This document shows, one piece after another, positions 20,693 to 27,050 of a stretch of 30,306 nucleotides of DNA; within the stretch, counting starts at the first letter, position 1, and every line of letters begins with the position of its first letter. The notes below the pieces were generated by a model. That model saw only the letters and a list, made by a program, of their open reading frames with translations. It did not search any database and was not told where the DNA came from. The stretch covers positions 1 to 30,306 of the forward strand of contig CAZZIO010000034.1 of the NCBI GenBank assembly GCA_964654465.1, in the 5' to 3' direction. Made by a program: the position numbers and the translations under genes. This DNA comes from an uncultured Dictyoglomota bacterium (lineage in GTDB: Bacteria > Dictyoglomota > Dictyoglomia > Dictyoglomales > Dictyoglomaceae).

Positions 20693-21706
20693 ATGAGAGA
20701 GGCTCTATTTTACCAAAAATTAGATCAAAAGAAAGTTCACTGTCTTTTATGTCCTCATAAATGTATAATTTATCCTAATAAAAGAGGAATATGTGGTGTT
20801 AGAGAAAATAGAGAAGGTACTCTTGTAACTCTTATATACGGAAAAGTAAGTTCTATTGCTTTAGATCCTATTGAAAAAAAACCTCTATACCATTTTTATC
20901 CAGGAAATTCGATTCTTTCTGTGGGCACAGCAGGTTGTAATTTTCAGTGTCCTTTTTGCCAAAACTGGAGTATTTCTCAAGTTTTACCAGAGGAAATTTA
21001 CTTAGAAGAGATTTCTCCAGAAACTCTTGTTAATATTGCTTTGAAAAATAAATCCATAGGAATAGCTTATACATATAATGAGCCTTTTATATGGTACGAA
21101 TTTGTTTTTGACGTTTCTAAACTCGCGAGAGAATATAACTTAAAAAATGTTTTTGTGACTAATGGATTTGTTGAGGAAGAACCTTTTTTAGAGATTGCTC
21201 CATTCATAGATGCTATGAATATAGATATTAAGTCAATTAATCCTGATTTTTATCGAAAACTTTGTAAAGGAGACTTAGAAAAGGTAAAAAGAATTATACT
21301 TTTGGCTTTTGAAAAAGAGATTCACATTGAGTTAACAAATTTAATTATAACAAATTATAATGATAAGAAGGAAGAAATAATCGGATTAATTGAATGGGTA
21401 GCGGAAATTAGTAAGGATATTCCTTTACATTTTACTAGATATTTTCCAGCATATAAATTTATAGAGCCTCCCACTCCTCTTGAAATAATTAATTTTGCAT
21501 ATGAAGAAGGAAGAAAAAGATTAAATTATGTATATACTGGAAATGTAAGGGATGTTAGGGGTAGTACTACATATTGTCCTTCTTGTGGTAGTGAATTAAT
21601 TGTAAGAGAAGGATATTTTATAAGAAAAAATCTTTTACGACACAATAATAAATGTCCTTATTGTGGTTATGGACTTCCTATATATGTAGGGGGTAATTTG
21701 TCATGA
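20693..21706 (+). CDS. amrS: AmmeMemoRadiSam system radical SAM enzyme
   Basis: N-terminal C..CPH.C......G.C.VR, DPIEKKPLYHF.PG, radical SAM motif CNFQCPFCQNW.IS, YTYNEP, C-terminal CPSCG and CPYCG; adjacent to amrA. Confidence 0.92.
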   Translation: MREALFYQKLDQKKVHCLLCPHKCIIYPNKRGICGVRENREGTLVTLIYGKVSSIALDPIEKKPLYHFYPGNSILSVGTAGCNFQCPFCQNWSISQVLPEEIYLEEISPETLVNIALKNKSIGIAYTYNEPFIWYEFVFDVSKLAREYNLKNVFVTNGFVEEEPFLEIAPFIDAMNIDIKSINPDFYRKLCKGDLEKVKRIILLAFEKEIHIELTNLIITNYNDKKEEIIGLIEWVAEISKDIPLHFTRYFPAYKFIEPPTPLEIINFAYEEGRKRLNYVYTGNVRDVRGSTTYCPSCGSELIVREGYFIRKNLLRHNNKCPYCGYGLPIYVGGNLS

Positions 21707-22104
21707 AATTTTTTAAAAATAAAAGAATAAGAAATTTTTTAATTTTTTCATTTCTTTTATTATGTTTTATTGGTTATAGTTATTACGATTGGTTAAAAGA
21801 CTCTCCATGGAGAGAGAAATGGAGAAATATAGAAAAATATATAGGGAAAGAAATAACCCTAAAAGGTGAGGCTACAAACCCTTATGGTATATGGGGAAGT
21901 ATATATTCTGCCTATTCTCTTACTTTTGAAAACTTTCAGATTACTGTATTAAGTACTACTGGAATTCCTGCTGAAGGTGAAAAATTAATTGTAACTGGTG
22001 AGGTAAGAAAGAATTTTGAAGTGGTTGGTTTTTGGCAAGGTAAAGAGGTAAATGAAAAATATGATATTGTTATTTTGGAAAAGGAGAGGAGTGAAATTAA
22101 GTGA
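21703..22104 (+). CDS. Hypothetical membrane-anchored protein, possible OB-fold
   Basis: Basic N-terminus then hydrophobic helix (FLIFSFLLLCFIGY); beta-rich pattern YIGKEITLKG...P.EGEKLIVTGEV; 4-nt overlaps with both neighbours. Confidence 0.7.
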   Translation: MKFFKNKRIRNFLIFSFLLLCFIGYSYYDWLKDSPWREKWRNIEKYIGKEITLKGEATNPYGIWGSIYSAYSLTFENFQITVLSTTGIPAEGEKLIVTGEVRKNFEVVGFWQGKEVNEKYDIVILEKERSEIK

Positions 22105-23438
22105 GAGAACTTTTTGGTACTGATGGCATTAGAGGTATTGTTAATAAAGCTTTAACTCCTGAGCTCGCGTATAAATTAGCTAGAGCTCTTTTAGGTTATT
22201 TTGAGAATTCTCGAGGCAAGAAGGTTATTATTGCTCAAGACACGAGAAGATCTTGTGATATGATAAAAAGTGCTTTGTCAGCAGGACTTACTTCAGGTGG
22301 TATAGATGTATTAGATGCTGGAATATTGCCAACATCATCTGTATCTTATTTAGTTAAAACTAATCCAGATATTTTATTGGGTATTGTAATTTCAGCCTCC
22401 CATAATCCTGTTAAATATAACGGTATAAAAATTTTTGCTAATGATGGATTTAAGTTACCTGATGAAGTAGAGGAAAAGATTGAAGAATACATGAAAGGAA
22501 CTGATAATTATTACAGGGCAGACCCTTATGAAATAGGAAGAATATTTCAATTTAATGAAGGAAAAGAAATATATAAAAATTATCTTAAACAAGTAGTGAA
22601 TGAAGACTTCACTGGTTTTAAAATTATGTTGGATTGTGCTAATGGATCTGCATCTAATGTGGCACCTGAAATTTATAGAGAATTAGGGGCAGAAGTGTAT
22701 GCTTATAATATTGAATATAATGGTCTTAATATAAATGAAAATTGTGGGGCAGTATATCCAGAGATAGGTAAAGCTCTTTTTATAGAAAGTAAGGCTGATA
22801 TAGGATTTACATATGATGGAGATGCGGATAGAGTTATAGTATTCTTTAAAGATCAAATTATCGATGGAGATAAAATTTTGGGTATTCTTGCAGAATATTT
22901 TAAAAGGCAAGGAATCCTAAGAAATAACAAAGTAGTTGGTACAATTATGACCAATTATGGGCTTGAGATGTATTTAGATAAAAAAGGTATAAAACTTATT
23001 AGGGCAAATGTTGGTGATAGGTATGTACTTGAGACTATACTAAAACATGATTTAAATTTAGGTGGAGAAACTTCTGGCCATATAATTCTTTTTGATTATT
23101 TACCTACAGGAGATGGAATTCTCACATCTCTTTTTTTAGTAAAAATTTTTAAGCATATGAAAGATGATTTTGTAAGAATGTTGGAAGAAATAAAACTTTT
23201 ATCTCAAGTACATGATAAGATAAATATAAGTGGAATAAAACTTACAGAAGATGATGAGAAAAGAATAATGGATATTGCTAAGGAGGTGATAAAGGATAAT
23301 AGTATAAGAATTATTATAAGAAGATCTGGCACAGAACCAGTTTTAAGAATCACATTAGAAGGAGATGTCCCTAAAAAGGAATTAGATTGTTTTCTAAAAG
23401 ATATTAAAGAGAAAATTTTAAGTTATTTGAGTATCTAA
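22101..23438 (+). CDS. glmM: Phosphoglucosamine mutase
   Basis: FGTDGIRG, SASHNP (phospho-Ser loop), DGDADR metal loop, GGE.SGH, R.SGTEP; upstream of glmS; GTG start. Confidence 0.95.
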   Translation: MRELFGTDGIRGIVNKALTPELAYKLARALLGYFENSRGKKVIIAQDTRRSCDMIKSALSAGLTSGGIDVLDAGILPTSSVSYLVKTNPDILLGIVISASHNPVKYNGIKIFANDGFKLPDEVEEKIEEYMKGTDNYYRADPYEIGRIFQFNEGKEIYKNYLKQVVNEDFTGFKIMLDCANGSASNVAPEIYRELGAEVYAYNIEYNGLNINENCGAVYPEIGKALFIESKADIGFTYDGDADRVIVFFKDQIIDGDKILGILAEYFKRQGILRNNKVVGTIMTNYGLEMYLDKKGIKLIRANVGDRYVLETILKHDLNLGGETSGHIILFDYLPTGDGILTSLFLVKIFKHMKDDFVRMLEEIKLLSQVHDKINISGIKLTEDDEKRIMDIAKEVIKDNSIRIIIRRSGTEPVLRITLEGDVPKKELDCFLKDIKEKILSYLSI

Positions 23439-23585
23439 GCGCCAGGACTTGCCTTTTAGGCAAGTTGACGAGGTGGAGGTTAATCGAGGTTTTCGGCGGA
23501 TGCCTCCAGGCAGTAGCTACCTGCCTTAAGGGGACTCACAAAACTGGTGGGTGACTACCAGGACAAAAGGTCCCTAAGTAGCTAT
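23438..23585 (+). ncRNA. glmS glucosamine-6-phosphate-activated ribozyme
   Basis: Conserved core A^GCGCCAGGACT...GTTGACGAGG...GG..ATCGA...TCGGCGGATGCC; P1 GACTTGCCT/AGGCAAGTT; P3 AGGCAG/CTGCCT; P3.1 pseudoknot TAGCTAC (23514-23520) with GTAGCTA (23578-23584); P4 GGGAC/GTCCC; P4.1 CTGGTGG-GTGA-CTACCAG with GNRA loop; directly upstream of glmS. Confidence 0.96.
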
Positions 23586-23631
23586 AGGGACATTCTCCTT
23601 CTCCCAGAAAAATTTAAGGAGGAGGAGAAAG

Positions 23632-25461
23632 ATGTGTGGTATTTTTGGATATACAGGAAGTAATAATTCTTTGCCTTATATAATATCGGGTCTCGAGAAA
23701 TTAGAGTATAGAGGTTATGATTCAGCTGGTATTGCTTATATAAAAAATGGAGAGATAGAAATTAAAAAAGTGGTAGGAAAAGTACAAGACCTTAAGAATA
23801 GTTTAGATTTTTCTACTATTTCAAATATTGGTATTGGTCATACAAGATGGGCTACTCATGGTGGTATTACTTACGAAAATGCACATCCTCATGTGGATTG
23901 TTTAAAAAATATTGCCTTAGTACATAATGGAATAATTGAAAACTACAAAGAGGTAAAAAAGTTTTTAGAGAATAAAAGTCATAAATTCTTAAGTCAAACA
24001 GATACTGAAGTTTCAGTTCATCTTTTAGAGTATCTTTTAGAAGAAGAAAAACTTAGCTTAGAGGAGGCTATTGAAGAAATCTTCAGAAGACTTGAAGGAT
24101 CCTTTGCTTTTTTAGTTATGGATAAGAGAAGAAATAGAGAACTTTTTGCTATAAGAAGGCAAAGTCCACTGATTATAGGATATGGAAAAGGAGAGAATTT
24201 TATAGCTTCTGATATTCCTGCTTTAGGTATGTATACAGATACTTTTTATTTTTTAAAAGATAATGAATTTGCTAAGGTTTCTCCCGAAAAAGTAGAGATA
24301 TTCCATGTGACAGGTGATAAGAGTAAATTAATTACAATTAATCCAATAAAAATACCCCAAGATAATATAAGGGCTGAGAAAGATGGTTACCCTCATTTTA
24401 TGCTTAAAGAGATATTTGAACAACCTTCTGTTGCAAGAAGAATTATTTCTAATTTAGAAAGGTACGATAATGTTTTTGAAATTAAAGAGTTAAAGGAGAG
24501 TAATATTGAATGGGATAAAGTTCAACATACTTTCATAATTGCTTGTGGTACATCATATCATGCAGGCTATTTTGCAAAATTTCTATGGGAATCAGAGCTT
24601 CCTTTTTCTGTAGATATAGAACTCGCATCACAGATCTATTACAGATCGCTAAAGGTTCCTCAAAATACTCTTTTTATTGCTATAAGTCAGTCTGGTGAGA
24701 CAGCAGATGTGATTACAGCAGTTAAAAATTTGAAAGAGAAAGGTTTTAAAGTTTTATCTTTAGTGAATAATACCCAAAGTACTATTGCAAGGGAAAGCGA
24801 TTATGTAATAGGGCTTAAAGCTGGAGTTGAGATTGGGGTAGCGGCTACAAAAACTTTTATAGCTCAATTAATATGGTTAGGTCTATTAAAAGATTATATA
24901 AAAGCTAAAGTTTTAAAAGAAAATATTAATTTAGATAATTGGAATTTACTGCCCACTTATTTAGAAAACTATTTAGATAGTGTAAAGAATCTTGTAAAAA
25001 ATATTTCGGATAAATATTATTTGAAAAGAAATTTTCTATATCTTGCTCGTGGTAAAAATTATCCATTAGCCTTGGAAGGTGCATTAAAGCTTAAAGAGAT
25101 ATCTTATATACATGCTGAGGCGGTTCCTGCAGGAGAAATGAAGCATGGTCCTATTGCCCTTTTAGATTCTGATACTCCTGTTTTTGGTTTGGTATATAAA
25201 GATGAGACCTATTCTAAAATGGTAAATAATTTAGAAGAAGCAAAGGCACGTAAAGCTCCAATTATAGCTATAGGTAATGAAAAGGATGAAAAATTATTAA
25301 ATTTGGTAGACGATTTGATTCCTATGCCTAATATTGATCCTTTTTATTACCCATATTTAGCTGCTGTTGTTTTACAGCTTTTTGCCTATTATATGGCTAA
25401 TAATTTAGGTAGAGAAATAGATCAGCCAAGAAATTTAGCAAAATCAGTTACGGTAGAATAG
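23632..25461 (+). CDS. glmS: Glutamine--fructose-6-phosphate aminotransferase
   Basis: MCGI start (catalytic Cys), LEYRGYDSAG, GHTRWATHG, SQSGETAD, EGALKLKE.SY, KHGP.AL, PRNLAKSVTVE. Confidence 0.99.
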   Translation: MCGIFGYTGSNNSLPYIISGLEKLEYRGYDSAGIAYIKNGEIEIKKVVGKVQDLKNSLDFSTISNIGIGHTRWATHGGITYENAHPHVDCLKNIALVHNGIIENYKEVKKFLENKSHKFLSQTDTEVSVHLLEYLLEEEKLSLEEAIEEIFRRLEGSFAFLVMDKRRNRELFAIRRQSPLIIGYGKGENFIASDIPALGMYTDTFYFLKDNEFAKVSPEKVEIFHVTGDKSKLITINPIKIPQDNIRAEKDGYPHFMLKEIFEQPSVARRIISNLERYDNVFEIKELKESNIEWDKVQHTFIIACGTSYHAGYFAKFLWESELPFSVDIELASQIYYRSLKVPQNTLFIAISQSGETADVITAVKNLKEKGFKVLSLVNNTQSTIARESDYVIGLKAGVEIGVAATKTFIAQLIWLGLLKDYIKAKVLKENINLDNWNLLPTYLENYLDSVKNLVKNISDKYYLKRNFLYLARGKNYPLALEGALKLKEISYIHAEAVPAGEMKHGPIALLDSDTPVFGLVYKDETYSKMVNNLEEAKARKAPIIAIGNEKDEKLLNLVDDLIPMPNIDPFYYPYLAAVVLQLFAYYMANNLGREIDQPRNLAKSVTVE

Positions 25462-25466
25462 ATAAT

Positions 25467-25859
25467 ATGGAGAACGTGATTATTGAGGTAGGTTTGGATA
25501 TTGTTGAGATAGAAAGAATAAAGAAATTATGTGAAAAATATAAAAGATTTAAAGAAAGGATATATTCTTTAAGAGAGTTAGAGCAATTAAGTGGGAAAAA
25601 AGATTTATATCCCTCTTTGGCTGCGCGTTTTGCAGCCAAAGAGGCCTTTATAAAAGCCATTGGTGTGAGATATTCAGGTTGGGATTGGAAAGATGTGGAA
25701 ATTCTTTACGGAATAAGTGGAAAGCCTGAGATTAATCTTAGGAATAAAGCTCTTGAATTTGCTCTTCAAAAAGGAGTTAAAGATATAAAGGTGAGTATTT
25801 CTCATACTCATAAATATGCAGTTGCAGTAGTTTTAATAACTATAAAAGGGGATAAATAA
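25467..25859 (+). CDS. acpS: Holo-[acyl-carrier-protein] synthase
   Basis: G.DIVEI.RI, LAARFAAKEA..KA.G, G.P, VSISH....A.A.V motifs. Confidence 0.95.
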   Translation: MENVIIEVGLDIVEIERIKKLCEKYKRFKERIYSLRELEQLSGKKDLYPSLAARFAAKEAFIKAIGVRYSGWDWKDVEILYGISGKPEINLRNKALEFALQKGVKDIKVSISHTHKYAVAVVLITIKGDK

Positions 25860-26785
25860 TGAAAGAAAGTCCTCTAGAAAAATTGAGGGATAAATTAGAA
25901 GAGTTGAAGAAGATTTCTGGAAGACTTATAGTACCTGATTTTAAAGAAAGTGAGTCATATATTGAAAAATTTTTGACATTAAGACAAGAAGTAGAGGAAT
26001 TGCTTATTGATCTGAAAAAATTAAATGTTACAATTGATCCAGAGCTTTCTCGATTGAGTGAAATAGATGGCGAATTAAAGAAGAATATAAATTCTTTGTA
26101 TAAGATAATGAGAAAGAGTAATAGACTAAAGGACAAATCTAATCTTTATCCTAAAGAGTATTGGTGGTGGCACATAGTTGAAATAGTGGATGAAAAAAGG
26201 AGAAGAAAATTAAAAAGAATTTTTTTAGGAAGTGTTGTTGTTATTATGACTATCGGGCTAATTATTTTTATAGCTTTAAATTACAAGACACCTGCTGAAG
26301 AGATCTTAGAGACTATTGACCAAAGTTATAAGTTTATGGCAGCTAAAAAATATAGAGAGGCTGAAAAATTATTGAAAGAAAAAATCAAAAAATATAAAGA
26401 CAAAGAGGAGTTATACATAGTTTTAGGTATTATTCAAGAAGAAGAAGGAAAAATAAAAGAAGCTGAAGAAACCTTTAAAAAGGGGCTTTTTATAAGTGGT
26501 GAGGAAAATAGGTTTTATTTACAGAGAGCATTAGAGTATAAAAGATTACGTAAATTTGATAAAGCTAAAAAAGACATCAAGGAAGTACTTAAAAGGAATA
26601 AAGATAATTCAAATGCTTTGTATATTTTAGCTACTATTTACGAAGAAGAAGACAATATCATTGATGCCATAAAAACTTATAAGATTATTGAAGAATTAGG
26701 TGATAAAGCTGATCCGCAGATTTTAGTTATGACGAAAGTTAGACTTTCAGTGCTACTTCAGAAAGTAACCTTACCACAAAAATAG
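25859..26785 (+). CDS. Membrane-anchored tetratricopeptide-repeat protein of unknown function
   Basis: Helical N-terminal region ending YPKEYWWWH, basic stretch KRRRKLKR, one TM helix (IFLGSVVVIMTIGLIIFIAL), then TPR-like units (LYIVLGII....G...EA...F; ALYILATIY......DAI..Y). Confidence 0.75.
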   Translation: MKESPLEKLRDKLEELKKISGRLIVPDFKESESYIEKFLTLRQEVEELLIDLKKLNVTIDPELSRLSEIDGELKKNINSLYKIMRKSNRLKDKSNLYPKEYWWWHIVEIVDEKRRRKLKRIFLGSVVVIMTIGLIIFIALNYKTPAEEILETIDQSYKFMAAKKYREAEKLLKEKIKKYKDKEELYIVLGIIQEEEGKIKEAEETFKKGLFISGEENRFYLQRALEYKRLRKFDKAKKDIKEVLKRNKDNSNALYILATIYEEEDNIIDAIKTYKIIEELGDKADPQILVMTKVRLSVLLQKVTLPQK

Positions 26786-26793
26786 GGTTGTAA

Positions 26794-26822
26794 TTGAAAT
26801 TTGTTTGGTTTTGTGGTATATT
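26794..26822 (+). promoter_or_regulatory. Sigma70/SigA-type promoter with extended -10, driving the downstream ncRNA
   Basis: TTGAAA (26794-26799), 17-nt spacer, TG-g-TATATT (26814-26822); the structured RNA starts 8 nt later. Confidence 0.7.
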
Positions 26823-26830
26823 CAATTTAG

Positions 26831-27006
26831 AAAGCCCTGCTGTGTGCGTGGTGTATGCTGTGGTCCTGGCTCAACACCTTGTTTCAGGAGGCTGATCTCC
26901 TGACTTGGGATTGCGGCTCTTAAAGAGCTACATAACCAAGCAGGGTAGGCCTCAAAATTGTGGAACGGGGCACAAGGACTTCGGCATCACGGCACAGCGG
27001 GGCTTT
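26831..27006 (+). ncRNA. ssrS: Probable 6S RNA
   Basis: About 176-nt GC-rich island with its own promoter. 14-bp closing helix AAAGCCCTGCTGTG/CACAGCGGGGCTTT continues as CGTGGTG/CATCACG and GTCCT/AGGAC, giving a rod-like fold. The ends resemble Firmicutes 6S termini as I recall them. No SRP, tmRNA or RNase P motifs seen. Confidence 0.65.
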
Positions 27007-27050
27007 TAATAATTGTTTAAAAAAATTCTTTCATTAGAGGGGTTGTAGAA

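Noticed and set aside
26955-26972. T-box-like string AATTGTGGAACGGGG upstream of alaS
   Set aside because: Only a partial match to GGTGGNACCGCG. No stem I, AGTA box, specifier loop or antiterminator pairing is present, and it lies inside the 6S-like rod.
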